From NCBI GenBank assembly GCA_965217585.1, contig OZ244561.1, forward strand, positions 3,680,001 to 3,744,000: a DNA stretch of 64,000 nt, given 5' to 3'. The stretch is from Candidatus Latescibacterota bacterium. GTDB taxonomy: Bacteria > Latescibacterota > UBA2968 > UBA8231. Shown piece by piece: positions 19,143-29,829 of this stretch. A model generated the notes under the pieces. The model was not told where the DNA came from. It saw only the letters and a list, made by a program, of their open reading frames with translations, and did not search any database. The translations under genes and the position numbers were made by a program. The first letter of the stretch is position 1, and each line of letters starts with the position of its first letter.

Positions 19143-20057
19143 ATGCAAGAGCGCATCCGCGAAATTCTAAGCTGGTATGGCAGCGACAACCCCGGTACCT
19201 TGACCAACTTGGCACGCCTGCTCAACCACGGCGCGCTCGGCGGCACGGGCAAGCTAGTCATCCTGCCCGTAGATCAGGGCGTCGAGCACGGCCCCGGGCG
19301 CAGCTTCGCCCCCAACCCCCCTGCGTACGATCCGCGCTATCACTTTGAGCTGGCCATCGCCGCTGGCCTCAGTGCATACGCCGCTCCGCTCGGGTTCCTC
19401 GAAGCGGGCGCGCGTGACTACGCGGGCGATCTGCCGCTGATCCTCAAGCTCAACAACCGCGAAAACCTCCACTCCGACGCAGACCCCACCCAGTCGCTCA
19501 CCGGCTCGATCGCTGCCGCTCTACGCTTAGGTTGTGTTGGCATCGGCTACACGGTTTATCCGGGTTCGGCCCTGCGGCAGGAGATGTACGAAAAGCTGCA
19601 AGCCTTGGCCGAAGAGGCCAAGCGATATGGTTTGGTCGTGGTGGTCTGGTCCTATCCGCGCGGCACGGACTTGAGCAAGGACGGGGAGACCGCCCTCGAC
19701 GTCACCGCGTATGCCGCCCAAATCGCCGCCCAGCTAGGGGCCCATATCATCAAAGTCAAACCGCCTACGGCTCACATTGAGCAGGACGAAGCCCGCAAGG
19801 CGTATGCGGATGTGCCGGCCAGCACCTTGGCCGAGTGCGTGAGCCACGTGGTGCAATCGGCGTTCAACGGGCGGCGCGTGGTGATCTTCTCTGGCGGCCC
19901 GGCCAAGGGCGAAGAGGAAATCATCGAGGAGATCACCGGTATCCGCGATGGTGGCGGCTTTGGCTCCATCATCGGCCGCAACGCCTTCCAACGAGAGCGC
20001 GAAGGAGCACTAGCCTTGCTCAGAAGCGCCATCGAGATCTACGCCAACAAGCAATAG
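19143..20057 (+). CDS. fbaB: Class I (DhnA-type) fructose-bisphosphate aldolase
   Basis: LVILPVDQGVEHGP, WSYPRG, LGAHIIKVK, GSIIGRNAFQ. Confidence 0.92.
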   Translation: MQERIREILSWYGSDNPGTLTNLARLLNHGALGGTGKLVILPVDQGVEHGPGRSFAPNPPAYDPRYHFELAIAAGLSAYAAPLGFLEAGARDYAGDLPLILKLNNRENLHSDADPTQSLTGSIAAALRLGCVGIGYTVYPGSALRQEMYEKLQALAEEAKRYGLVVVVWSYPRGTDLSKDGETALDVTAYAAQIAAQLGAHIIKVKPPTAHIEQDEARKAYADVPASTLAECVSHVVQSAFNGRRVVIFSGGPAKGEEEIIEEITGIRDGGGFGSIIGRNAFQREREGALALLRSAIEIYANKQ

Positions 20058-20084
20058 CGGCTTCTTAAATACGCAGAAATTCTC

Positions 20085-20897
20085 ATGCACATCACCGACG
20101 CCCAACTCGCTACGTACAAAGAACAGGGCTTCCTGATCGTCGAGAACTTCCTCACCAAAGACGAGCAGCGAGCCGCGCTCGACGGCTTCTTTACCCATTT
20201 CGCCCCGTCCTACGACCAATACCTAGCCAACGACCGCCGCAACGACACCCCCCGGCAAGTGCTCTTCCCTTGGGACCACTCCGGCCTTAATCACGTCACC
20301 GTCCATCCCGAACTGATTGACGCCGCCGAGCGCGTTTTAGGCACTCGCGAGATTCGCCTCTGCGAGGGCCACCTAGGAATGAAATACGCCAGCGAGCAAT
20401 ACGGGACCAATTTCCACATCGACTACGGCAACAACACACTGGGGCCGATCATCGAGCCAGACGACTTTATGAACTTGGTCTGTTTCTACTGCTTCGACGA
20501 CGTCGAGGAAGGCATGGCCCCGATCCGCATGGTGCCCAATGGCCGCCCCGACGCGGAAGCCGTGCCAATGATCGTCCCCGGCGGCTCAGTGTGCCTCTAC
20601 AGCGTCTTCACCCGCCACGCCGCCTCCGATTTTACCGCGCCAGCGGGGCACCGACCGGTTATGTGGGTGGGCTTCACCCGCAAGGATCGCCCCTGGGACG
20701 GCGGTCGCACTTTCACGTACAAAAGCGGTGCCCAAGGCGCAGCTATGCATCGCTTCATGGCGGAAGCCACTCCGCGCCAGCGCGAACTGCTGGGCTTCCC
20801 GCCGCCGGGCGACTCGCTGTGGACGGAAGAATTTATCGCGGGGATGGCGACGCGGTATCCGGGATTTGACGCGGAACCCTACTACGCGGCGAAATAA
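20085..20897 (+). CDS. Phytanoyl-CoA dioxygenase (PhyH) family 2OG-Fe(II) enzyme
   Basis: YKEQGFLIVENFL N-terminus, HxD (FHID) and distal His (TRHAAS). Confidence 0.82.
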   Translation: MHITDAQLATYKEQGFLIVENFLTKDEQRAALDGFFTHFAPSYDQYLANDRRNDTPRQVLFPWDHSGLNHVTVHPELIDAAERVLGTREIRLCEGHLGMKYASEQYGTNFHIDYGNNTLGPIIEPDDFMNLVCFYCFDDVEEGMAPIRMVPNGRPDAEAVPMIVPGGSVCLYSVFTRHAASDFTAPAGHRPVMWVGFTRKDRPWDGGRTFTYKSGAQGAAMHRFMAEATPRQRELLGFPPPGDSLWTEEFIAGMATRYPGFDAEPYYAAK

Positions 20898-20910
20898 ATA
20901 GCCCCCAATA

Positions 20911-21924
20911 CTACACGCCTTGCAGTTCCATCTCGTCTTTGTGGTGGCAGGCGACCAGATGCGACTCGCCCTCCAACGCGGGCATCTGCTGGCTGCACAA
21001 GTCGCTTCGGTAGCGGCAGCGCGGCGCGAAAGCACATCCTTGATCGCTGGCCGGCGTCGGCTCGCCCGCCTCGCTAACGTCTTCGTCGGCCCCCATCCAC
21101 GAGGCGTGGGGGTCGGGCTCGGGCGCGGCCTCTAGCAACATGGCCGTATAGGGGTGCTGCGGTTGGATAAAGAGGGCTTCGGTTGCGGCCTGTTCCACGA
21201 TCCGGCCTTGGTACATGACCGCCACTTCGTCGCAGAGATAGCGCACCACGCTCAGGTCGTGGGCGATAAAGAGCAAGGTGAGGTCGAGGTCGGCCTGCAA
21301 TTGGCGGAGCAAGTTGAGAATTTGCGCTTGCACGCTGACATCGAGCGCGGAAACCGGCTCGTCGGCGACGATGAGCGACGGGCTCAAAGCCAAGGCGCGG
21401 GCAATGCCGATGCGCTGCCGCTGGCCGCCCGAGAAGGCGTGTGGATAGCGGCGCGCATATCTGGGGTCTAGCCCCACCCGCTCCATTAGCTCGCCCACGC
21501 GCTCGTGGCTGTCGCGCGCCGACCAGCCATAAGCCCGGAGCGGCTCGGCGATGAGGTCGCGCACCGGCATCCGCGGATTTAGGGACGAGTACGGGTCTTG
21601 GAAAATCATCTGCATCTGCCGGCGGGCTTGGACGACTTGGCGGCGGCCGAGCTGGGCCATATCTACGACCTGTCCGCTCTGCTGCCGAAAGAGGACCTCC
21701 CCGGCGGTCGGGTCTAGGGCGCGGAGAATCATCCGCCCGGTGGTGGTCTTGCCGCAACCACTCTCGCCAACCAGCCCCAAAATTTTGCCTTGGGCGAGCG
21801 CGAAGCTGACGCCATCCACGGCCTTTATCCAACCCGTCTGTCGTTGTAAAAGTCCCCGGTGCACGGGAAAGTACTTTTTTAACCCCCGCACTTGCAGGAG
21901 AGCATCTTCGGCCCCGTTGGTCAT
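20911..21924 (-). CDS. Oligopeptide ABC transporter ATP-binding subunit (OppF-like)
   Basis: [30 protein letters not shown]-terminal Cys motif. Confidence 0.92.
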   Translation of the reverse strand: MTNGAEDALLQVRGLKKYFPVHRGLLQRQTGWIKAVDGVSFALAQGKILGLVGESGCGKTTTGRMILRALDPTAGEVLFRQQSGQVVDMAQLGRRQVVQARRQMQMIFQDPYSSLNPRMPVRDLIAEPLRAYGWSARDSHERVGELMERVGLDPRYARRYPHAFSGGQRQRIGIARALALSPSLIVADEPVSALDVSVQAQILNLLRQLQADLDLTLLFIAHDLSVVRYLCDEVAVMYQGRIVEQAATEALFIQPQHPYTAMLLEAAPEPDPHASWMGADEDVSEAGEPTPASDQGCAFAPRCRYRSDLCSQQMPALEGESHLVACHHKDEMELQGV

Positions 21925-21928
21925 TGGG

Positions 21929-22933
21929 CTAGTCCCCTTCTTGGGTGTGAATGAAACAACGGACGCGGTGATGCGGCCCCACTTCCGCTGACGCGGGCAT
22001 TTGCTGCTCGCAGATGGGGCCGACCTTTTGCGCGCAGCGGGTGTGGAAGGGGCACCCCTTGGGCAGAGCGTACGCGCTGGGGACGCTGCCCTCAATCGGC
22101 TCGATATGCCGGCGTTTGCCCGTCAGGCTGGGAATGGATTGCAACAGGGCTGCCGTATAAGGGTGTGCCGGGCGGTCGAAAATTGCGGCTACCGGTCCCT
22201 CTTCGACGATCCGCCCCATGTACATTACATAGACGTATTCGACTGTGTGCGCGATCACGCCCAGGTCGTGGGTAATCAGCATGAGCGCCAGCCCTAGCTC
22301 ACGCTGGAGTCGCTGGATCAGCTTGAGCACCCGCGCTTGCACGGTCACGTCGAGCGCTGTGGTCGGCTCGTCGGCGATCAAGAGCCGCGGATTGCTCGCC
22401 AGCGCCATGGCAATCATCGCCCGCTGGCGCATGCCGCCCGAAAGCTGGAAGGGATAGTCGGCGGCGCGGTCCTGCGGATCGGAGATGCCGACTAAGTGCA
22501 ACAGTTCCGCGACCCGTTGCCGCGTTGCTTCTGAGGATAGCGAGTCGTGGAGTTGGATCATCTCGGCGATTTGGTTGCCAATGGTGTGCACCGGCGAGAA
22601 CGCGGTCATTGGCTCTTGGAAGATCATGGAAATGTCGCCGCCCCTGATCTGGTGCATTTCGTCGCTGTGCGCGTCGAGTGCGGCGAGGTCGATCTCGCGC
22701 TCGTCCAGCTTGCGGCGGTAGCGGATGTGGCCGCTGGTAATCTCGGCTGCTGGCGGCAAAATCTGCAGCAGAGCGTTGGAGGTCATGGTCTTGCCGCAAC
22801 CACTTTCGCCGACGATGCCCACGGCTTGGCCGGTGTTGATGCGGAAGCTGACGCCGTTGAGTGGCCGCACCACGCCCTCGTCGCGAGTGATGCGCACGCT
22901 TAGGTTGTGGACGTCGAGTAGGGGAGGGGTCAT
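21929..22933 (-). CDS. Oligopeptide ABC transporter ATP-binding subunit (OppD-like)
   Basis: [32 protein letters not shown]. Confidence 0.92.
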   Translation of the reverse strand: MTPPLLDVHNLSVRITRDEGVVRPLNGVSFRINTGQAVGIVGESGCGKTMTSNALLQILPPAAEITSGHIRYRRKLDEREIDLAALDAHSDEMHQIRGGDISMIFQEPMTAFSPVHTIGNQIAEMIQLHDSLSSEATRQRVAELLHLVGISDPQDRAADYPFQLSGGMRQRAMIAMALASNPRLLIADEPTTALDVTVQARVLKLIQRLQRELGLALMLITHDLGVIAHTVEYVYVMYMGRIVEEGPVAAIFDRPAHPYTAALLQSIPSLTGKRRHIEPIEGSVPSAYALPKGCPFHTRCAQKVGPICEQQMPASAEVGPHHRVRCFIHTQEGD

Positions 22934-23246
22934 AACTTAGGCTCGCCTGTGGACAATTGTCTTGGCACTGTAGTGCCTATCTATAGTGGTGTTCGACGAA
23001 GTTCTTGAGGTCATACAACCAGCTTCAGAGATTGCCCATACTTCTCTTCCAATTGGCCCGTAAGTGCATCGCAATAGGGCTTGTGAATCTCAATGCCGAT
23101 GACGCGGCGGCCTTTGTCCAGCGCAGCAAACGCCGTTGTGCCCGAACCGACAAACGGGTCTAGTACTACGTCTCCCGCATCCGTGAAAAGGTCTATGAAC
23201 CACTCGGGCAACCAGTAGGGAAACGCAGCACTGTGTTGCCGATTGC

Positions 23247-24491
23247 CTGATTCCCTGACACTTTTGAAAAAAGGGCTGCTGCCCATAGATTACGGCCCTC
23301 TTTTAACCGACCCCGATCAAAGGAGTGCCTTATGAGCAGCAGCGAACAGGTATATACTCGATTGATGACCACCTTGCAAGCGATAGTGCCGGTATCGAAT
23401 CGAAAACAGTTGGCTAACTGGGCTTGGATCGCGGTGGCTATGTTCCAAGCTAAGTCGATTGCCTTGAGCCAGATCGCTGTTTTTCTGCCGGGCTCGGCCA
23501 AAGCCGAGTCGCGGGTGATGCGGTTGCGCCGTTGGCTGTCGAATCGGCAGTGTTCGGTGTGGGCACTGTATCGCCCGCTGCTTATGCATGTGTTGGCTCC
23601 GTTTAAGAACCGAGCGGTTGATGTGATCTTGGATGGGACGTTGGTGTTCGGCAATCGCATGCAGATTTTTCGCCTGTCGTTGGTACATAAGAATCGAGCC
23701 ATTCCTCTGGTATGGAAGGTCATCCCCGGTAAAGGCAACACGCGCGTGTCGCAACTAGAAGGGATGGTGACCCAAGCCGCTGAAGTGCTTGACGGGTTGG
23801 TTGCGTCGGTGACCTTGCTGGCCGATCGGGGCTTCCGCGATCATCAGTGGGCGGCGTTATGTGTGCAACTCAACTGGCATTACGTCCTTCGCCTACCGGC
23901 CAACACGTGGGTCAACAGGCCCGATGGGACCGCCGGGCGCATCGATCAGTTGGCTATACCCAAAGGCCAGCGCCGCTTTTATCCACAGATTACACTCACG
24001 AAAGAGGCCACGCTGACCTGTTCGCTATCGGTGGGCTGGACCCAACCGACGACCAAGCAACCCGCCGAGTGGATCGCCGTCATCTCCGATCAACCCGCCG
24101 GCCCCGCCCGCCGGCGTGCCTATAGCAAGCGGATGCACATTGAGCAGAGTTTCAAAGAAGATAAATCCGGCGGCTTCGATCTGGATCATACCCGCTTGCT
24201 CAATCCCCAACGCCTTGAACGCCTGCTGCTGGCGGTGGCGTTGGCCACCTTATGGGCGCACGAGATAGGCGAATAGGTCCTCCGGGGAGGCCCCGCCCGC
24301 CGACAGACTATCGATGCGGGCACCCGGCGCGAACTGAGTGTGTTTCAATTGGGCCTCCGATGGCTCAAACGGTGTATCGCCCTCCAACTCCAGCGCTTGC
24401 CAGCGTTCAAAGGACGGTTGGCACCCACGGGAATAAAAACTGTTGTTAAAAATAAGACGACCAGCAGAAAGTAAAAGTGTCAGGGAATCAG
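23247..24491 (+). mobile_element. IS4-family insertion sequence, 1245 bp
   Basis: Perfect 19-bp TIRs CTGATTCCCTGACACTTTT (23247-23265 and 24473-24491); 9-bp TSD GCCGATTGC (23238-23246 and 24492-24500). Confidence 0.95.
23332..24474 (+). pseudogene. IS4-family DDE transposase with internal TAG at 24274-24276
   Basis: ILDGT, LADRGF, YSKRMHIEQSFK (YREK-like). The frame continues past TAG (VLRGG...RELSVFQLGLRWL) to a TAA overlapping the right TIR. Confidence 0.85.
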
Positions 24492-25126
24492 GCCGATTGC
24501 TACATTCGGTGGCGCGGTGGAGCACGTTATGGGGATACACCTTATCGCGATCTAACCAATTCGCAACCTTTTTGCCGAAGCCGCTGCCTACCTTGGACTC
24601 GTCGCGGGCGCGGTCCGTCTCGCTCAGGGTGCGCATGCGGCTTTCGTACCAATCGCCGACGGGAACCATCACCGCATCTTGGTTCATTTTGAACTTGCGC
24701 TGTAGGTTGAATTGCAAAAGCCGCTCCCATGCATCGCGGAATCGGTTGGGCCATTTCCCCGGATAACAGTTTTTCTTGTGCCAGATAAACTCTTCCGTCC
24801 ACAGCCAGCCCCGCTGGCGCATGGCCAAGATGAGTTCTAGCACATAGGTATGCCGCTCACCCTTCACGACCCGTTCTTTGATGTTTAAGACAAACGTGCC
24901 CGTCGGCTTCAAGACCCGCTGCAACTCATCGGCGATGGGCAGAAACCACTCCACATAGCCGTCCGGCGTTACCCCTCCATACGTGTCAGACCGTTGATTG
25001 GTGTAAGGAGGTGAAGTAACGACCAAGTCCACCGAGTCCGATGCAATATGCTGGAGCTGTTCTGCGCAGTCGCTAAGGTACAACGTCCAATTTTGCATAG
25101 CCGTTTCTACCCCTTTTTAAGAGCAA

Positions 25127-26233
25127 CTACCGGCTAGCATACGGATCGGCCGCGTCGCGCATTCCATCGCCCACCAAGTTGAAGGCCAAGACCGCGATGA
25201 CCACGAAAAGTCCAGGCAGCAAAAGCCACGGCGCCATGGCTACGGCCTGAAAGTTCTGCGCCTTTTGCAGCAGCACCCCCCAGCTAACCACGGGTGCCCG
25301 CAGCCCAATCCCCAAAAAACTCAGCGCGGTCTCGCCGAGAATCATGCCCGGCACCGCTAGGGTAGCCGACGTGATCACGTGGCTGAGAAACGACGGCAGC
25401 AGGTGTTTGAAGATGATCTTCAACTCGTTGGTGCCCGACAGGCGGGCGGCGACCACGAAATCCTCTTCGCGCAGCGACAGAAAGCGGCCGCGCACCACCC
25501 GCGCCAACCCGGTCCAGCCCATCAGCGAGAGGATGATGGTGACGCCGAAGTAAATCCGCAGCGGTGCCCAGTGCGCCGGCAGCGCCGCACTCAACGCCAT
25601 CCACAGCGGTAGCTGCGGCACGGCCATCAGAACCTCGATCATTCGCTGCACCACCACATCGACCCAGCCGCTGTAATAACCCGCCACGCCCCCCAGCAGG
25701 ATGCCGATGAGGAAGGTCAGGGCCACGCCGATCAGCCCAATGGTGAGCGAAATGCGCGCTCCGTGTATAATTCGGCTGAACAGATCGCGGCCCAAGTCGT
25801 CGGTGCCAAAGAGGAACAACGGCCCGCTGCCCGCGCTGAACAAGTGCCAGTCTGCGTTGAAAAGCCCCCAAAACTCGTAGGTCGGACCGCGCACGAACAA
25901 GCGGATCGGATACACGGCCTTGGTATCGACGAGATATTCGCGCTGCCACGGGCCGGCGGCCGTGTCTTGCCGCACGCCGTGGACAAAGGGCCGCCAGTGA
26001 AAGCGCCCCTCGCCGTCGAACAAGCGGATCGACTGCGGCGGGCAGAGGACGTATTGCGCGTGGCGCTGGTCGGGCCGGTAAGGCGAGACAAATTCGCACA
26101 GGGCTGCGAGGCCGTAGAGCGCAATCAGGACCGCACTGCCGGCTAGGGCCAGCCGATGGCGGCGAAAGCGCATCCACATCAGCCGCCATTGCGAGGCGTC
26201 GGCTAGTTGGGTTGTGGGGCGGGCTTCACTCAT
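25127..26233 (-). CDS. Oligopeptide ABC permease (OppC-like)
   Basis: FGTDDLGRDLFSR, EDFVVAARLSG, ETALSFLGIG, GDGMRDAADP. Confidence 0.92.
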   Translation of the reverse strand: MSEARPTTQLADASQWRLMWMRFRRHRLALAGSAVLIALYGLAALCEFVSPYRPDQRHAQYVLCPPQSIRLFDGEGRFHWRPFVHGVRQDTAAGPWQREYLVDTKAVYPIRLFVRGPTYEFWGLFNADWHLFSAGSGPLFLFGTDDLGRDLFSRIIHGARISLTIGLIGVALTFLIGILLGGVAGYYSGWVDVVVQRMIEVLMAVPQLPLWMALSAALPAHWAPLRIYFGVTIILSLMGWTGLARVVRGRFLSLREEDFVVAARLSGTNELKIIFKHLLPSFLSHVITSATLAVPGMILGETALSFLGIGLRAPVVSWGVLLQKAQNFQAVAMAPWLLLPGLFVVIAVLAFNLVGDGMRDAADPYASR

Positions 26234-27209
26234 AGCGGATGCGCGGGTCGGCAATGGCCAAGAGAATGTCCGACAGCAGGGTGCCGATCACCGTTAGGAC
26301 GCTGAGTACGAGGAGGAAACTGCCCGCCAAATACATGTCTTGGTTGCGGAGGGATTCGAGCAGCAAGGGGCCGGTCGTCGGCAGGCTCAACACCACGCTG
26401 GTGATGGCCGAGCCGGAGATCAGGTGCGGCAGCATCCAGCCGACCGTGCTGATAAAGGGATTGATGGCAATGCGCAACGGGTACTTAATGACCAAGCGGA
26501 CCGGGCCAAGACCCTTGGCCAGCGCCGTCGTTACGTAGGGCTTGCCCAGCTCGTCGAGGAGATTGGCCCGCATGATCCGCATCAGCCCGGCCATGCCAGC
26601 CGTGCCGATGACCACAGCCGGGATCCACAGATGCCCGAGCAGGTCGGCGAATTTGGCCAAGCTCCACGGCGCACTGGCGTATTCGGGAGAAAATAACCCG
26701 CCCACGGCGATCCCAAACCACTCGTATCCCAAGTACATCAAAACCAGTGCGAGCAGGAAGTTGGGCGTCGCTAGGCCGATGAAGGCCGCCAGGGTCGCCG
26801 CATAGTCGAGCGCTGAGTACTGGCGCAGAGCCGAATAGACGCCCACCGGGAAGGCGACCAGCCAAGTCAACAAGGTCGCGGTCGAGGTGATCAGCAAGGT
26901 GTAGCCGAGCCGTTCCCAGATCAGGTTGTTGACCGATTGGCCGTACATCACCGAATAGCCCATATCGCCTTGAAGGAAGCCGCCTATCCACTTGCAGTAT
27001 TGGATAAACATTGGGTCGTCGAGGTGGTAGCGGGCGCGCAGGGCGGCAATCTGTTCCTCGGATATGTCTTGGCCCTCGGCCTGTAGCTCTTGCAGGCGCG
27101 ACGTGATGATGTCCCCGGGCGGCAACTGGATGACGACGAAGACCAGCACCGAGACGGCTAGTAGCGTGGGAATCATAATCAGGACGCGGCGGATAATGTA
27201 GTTGATCAT
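26226..27209 (-). CDS. Oligopeptide ABC permease (OppB-like)
   Basis: YIIRR, YVTTALAKGL, ADPRIR. Confidence 0.92.
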   Translation of the reverse strand: MINYIIRRVLIMIPTLLAVSVLVFVVIQLPPGDIITSRLQELQAEGQDISEEQIAALRARYHLDDPMFIQYCKWIGGFLQGDMGYSVMYGQSVNNLIWERLGYTLLITSTATLLTWLVAFPVGVYSALRQYSALDYAATLAAFIGLATPNFLLALVLMYLGYEWFGIAVGGLFSPEYASAPWSLAKFADLLGHLWIPAVVIGTAGMAGLMRIMRANLLDELGKPYVTTALAKGLGPVRLVIKYPLRIAINPFISTVGWMLPHLISGSAITSVVLSLPTTGPLLLESLRNQDMYLAGSFLLVLSVLTVIGTLLSDILLAIADPRIRYE

Positions 27210-27212
27210 GGC

Positions 27213-29174
27213 TCAGTCTTGTTGCAGATACCAAGTCTCTGGATAGTAGGGCCAAGACCAGCGCGAATCCCACCCCCAATAGCCCTGGCGCGGGACATTG
27301 CGCAGCCGGTTGCTAACGATGACGGGGTGTGGCCCTAGGCCGATAACGCCGAGCGCCCACAGGTTTTCGGCTTGGCTCTGGAGAATTTTCTTGCCCATGG
27401 CGATGCGCTCTTGGAGGTCTGATGTGCGGCGGAGCACCTCCCACCAGGCGATTAGATCCCGGACCTTGTCGGGCGGCATCCAGCCGCGCGCTCCGTCCGA
27501 CCGGTACCACCGCGACCACTCCGGCCACTGGGTTACCTCCTGCCCCACGTGCATGGGCACGTACCAAAAAGGCTCGATGGGAAAGAGGATGTCGGCGTTG
27601 CGATCGGCGTGCCAGATGCTCATGTCCATAACCCCGCCTCGGGTGCGGATACCTTGCAGTGCACCGCTTATTTGCTTGCGGTTGATGTGCAGCCCCACTT
27701 CGCGCCAGTGGGCGGTCACTAAGTCCACCGTGACTTGCTTAGGTGTCTCCCCGATTGTGTACTCCAGCGTGATTTCGAGCGGGCGGCCATCGGGGTGGTC
27801 GCGCCGGCCGTCGCCGTTGCGGTCTATCAGCCCCATCTCGTCGAGCAGGGCGCGGGCGCGTTGCGGATCGTGCTCGGCCCAAGCTGTGGCAAAGGCCGGC
27901 TCAAAGTAGCGGCTCGAAGATACGACCGTCAACTGGCGCGGGACCCCTTGTCCGTAATAGGCGATGTCGTTGATCTCCGCGCGGTTGATGGCTAGCGAAA
28001 GGGCGCGGCGAAAGCGCACGTCCTGAAAAATCCGCCTGAGCCGCTCGTCGGGGTGGGTCATATTGACCATGAAGGCCACATCCGAACCGTAGGGACGGGG
28101 CCAGAGGTACGTTGCATAGCCGTTGTCCTGCTCGAAGCGCTTAAAAAGCGGGATGTCGGCGGTCTTAAACTGCCGCCCGGCAAAATCGACCTGCCCGGTA
28201 GCGGCCTTGGCCGCCATGATTTCGGGGCTGTCAACCCGCTGGACTTCGAGGTAGTCTATATAGGGCAACTGATTGCCGGCTGGATCTACTTTGGGGTAAT
28301 AGGGGTTGCGGCGGTAGCGGACGCGCGTCGACGTCTTGCTGACTACTACATAAGCGGTCTGCACCGGTTTGTGGAAGACCATTAGGTCGCGCGTGTTGAC
28401 GACGGCTTGGAAGTAGGTGCGCCAGTCTTGCAGGCCGAGTTCTGCTGCTTCGCCCTCTAGCTGATCCGCGTCGGTAAAGTCGGGATGATAGCGGCGCATA
28501 AAGTGCGCTGGTGCCGACAGGTGCGAGCTGTTGTGGGCGAGATGCTTGACAAAAAGCGGCATCGGCTGGGGAAAGTGATAGCTAAAAAGGTGGGGGCCGT
28601 GCTTTTCGATGCGGGCCCCCTTAAAGCGGGGCGACACCACGGGCGTGAGGCTTTTGTTCATGTGGACGCGATCGAACCAAAAGACAAAGTCGTCGGCCGT
28701 CACCGGGTGGCCGTCGGACCACTTGTGACCGGGCCGGAGGGCGACCGTCAGGGTCTGCGCGTCGTTGTGGTACTCGACTCGCGCGGCAAAGTTGGGCAGG
28801 GTTAGCTGGAGTTGCGGACCCGGGCGCAGGGTTCCTTCGGGTACGTTGAGGAGCTGTTCGCCGGCGAAGAAGAGCCGAGCGGTTCCCCCATAGGTGCCGA
28901 TCCCGTCGATGGGTTCGACGACAATCGGATCGTCGGGGAGCCGCTCCGCCACCGGCGGCAACTCACCGGCGGCCACGAGTTCGTCGAGCATGGGCGACTG
29001 GCGGAAGGTCGTCAAGCCGACTTCCGCGGCGGTGCGCGGCGGTTGGAACCAGCTTTCGGGCCACGCTGTGCGAGGTATGTCGCCCCCGGCCGCTGGGTGC
29101 GCCGCTTGACTTTCCCGGCCGCATCCTGCTAGGGCCACGAGCACTAGCAGGAACCCGGCTTGCACTACATTCAT
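27213..29174 (-). CDS. ABC solute-binding lipoprotein, family 5
   Basis: Lipobox LAGC, GELPPVAERLP, KWSDGHPVTADD, FRRALSLAINR. Confidence 0.9.
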   Translation of the reverse strand: MNVVQAGFLLVLVALAGCGRESQAAHPAAGGDIPRTAWPESWFQPPRTAAEVGLTTFRQSPMLDELVAAGELPPVAERLPDDPIVVEPIDGIGTYGGTARLFFAGEQLLNVPEGTLRPGPQLQLTLPNFAARVEYHNDAQTLTVALRPGHKWSDGHPVTADDFVFWFDRVHMNKSLTPVVSPRFKGARIEKHGPHLFSYHFPQPMPLFVKHLAHNSSHLSAPAHFMRRYHPDFTDADQLEGEAAELGLQDWRTYFQAVVNTRDLMVFHKPVQTAYVVVSKTSTRVRYRRNPYYPKVDPAGNQLPYIDYLEVQRVDSPEIMAAKAATGQVDFAGRQFKTADIPLFKRFEQDNGYATYLWPRPYGSDVAFMVNMTHPDERLRRIFQDVRFRRALSLAINRAEINDIAYYGQGVPRQLTVVSSSRYFEPAFATAWAEHDPQRARALLDEMGLIDRNGDGRRDHPDGRPLEITLEYTIGETPKQVTVDLVTAHWREVGLHINRKQISGALQGIRTRGGVMDMSIWHADRNADILFPIEPFWYVPMHVGQEVTQWPEWSRWYRSDGARGWMPPDKVRDLIAWWEVLRRTSDLQERIAMGKKILQSQAENLWALGVIGLGPHPVIVSNRLRNVPRQGYWGWDSRWSWPYYPETWYLQQD

Positions 29175-29316
29175 CAAAAATACACCACACAAAAGAGGCG
29201 CGCCGCCTGAGGGCGGCTAATAATTGAGGCCAGAAGTCTAAAGCTATCGCGCCCATTGCGCCAGAGGGCGCGGCGGCCTACTTTTTTTAGGCATCAACAC
29301 GAGAGGAGGAGGCGAT

Positions 29317-29655
29317 ATGAAACTGCTAATGTGCGTAGTGCGGCCCAATGCACTAGACGCGATCAAAGAGGCGTTGAGCGGGTTGGGCGTCCAAGGCATA
29401 ACGGTCAGCGAAGTCAAAGGTTTTGGCCGCCAGAAGGGCCATAAGGAGATATATCGCGGTGCCGAGTATGTCGTCGATTTTACTCCCAAGATCAAGGTCG
29501 AGGTGGTGGTGAGGGAGGACCTCGCCGAGCAGTGCTTGGGCGCTGTGCGCGAGGCCGCGCAGACCGGCCACATTGGCGATGGCAAAATTTTCGTGCTGTC
29601 GGTGGATGAGGTAGTGCGGATCCGCACTGGGGAGACCGGCGACGCGGCTGTTTAG
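29317..29655 (+). CDS. glnB: P-II nitrogen regulatory protein (GlnB/GlnK)
   Basis: 112 aa; GFGRQKG, YRGAEY, GDGKIFV, RIRTGE; GGAGG RBS. glnB versus glnK cannot be resolved. Confidence 0.93.
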   Translation: MKLLMCVVRPNALDAIKEALSGLGVQGITVSEVKGFGRQKGHKEIYRGAEYVVDFTPKIKVEVVVREDLAEQCLGAVREAAQTGHIGDGKIFVLSVDEVVRIRTGETGDAAV

Positions 29656-29714
29656 CCCCCTGCGACGCTGATTTATATCGCGGGCGGTAACTAGAAAACA
29701 ACGATTAACCCGAT

Positions 29715-29753
29715 GCGGGCGAGGGACATGGTTCCCTCGCCCGCTTTTTTTTT
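29715..29753 (+). terminator. Intrinsic terminator
   Basis: GCGGGCGAGGGA/TCCCTCGCCCGC stem followed by a 9-T tract. Confidence 0.9.
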
Positions 29754-29762
29754 AACAAGTGC

Positions 29763-29804
29763 TTGACAAGACTCTTTTTGTGCTGTATTAATGAATTAAC
29801 ACAG
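29763..29804 (+). promoter_or_regulatory. Sigma70-type promoter overlapped by a probable YtrA/GntR operator
   Basis: TTGACA at 29763 with an AT-rich -10 region about 17 bp downstream; near-perfect palindrome CTGTATTAAT-GA-ATTAACACAG (29783-29804) upstream of the GntR gene. Confidence 0.7.
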
Positions 29805-29829
29805 TAAATCACTATACGGAAAGACGCTC

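Larger units (their letters stand above)
23011..25098 (-). pseudogene. Site-specific DNA methyltransferase (beta class, TSPPY; likely N4-cytosine) interrupted by an IS
   Basis: N-part 25098-24492 has VVTSPPY; C-part 23237-23011 has HSAAFP and LDPFVGSGTT. Removing the IS and one TSD restores an in-frame 277-aa ORF (...ATECSNRQHSAAFP...). Confidence 0.92.

Noticed and set aside
22934-23014. Remnant of a cognate restriction endonuclease after the MTase
   Set aside because: Only very short peptides can be read; too little to support a call.
24250-25098. ORF-track 282-aa and 91-aa (23011-23286) proteins as separate genes
   Set aside because: Both are halves of one MTase reading into or out of the IS sequence.
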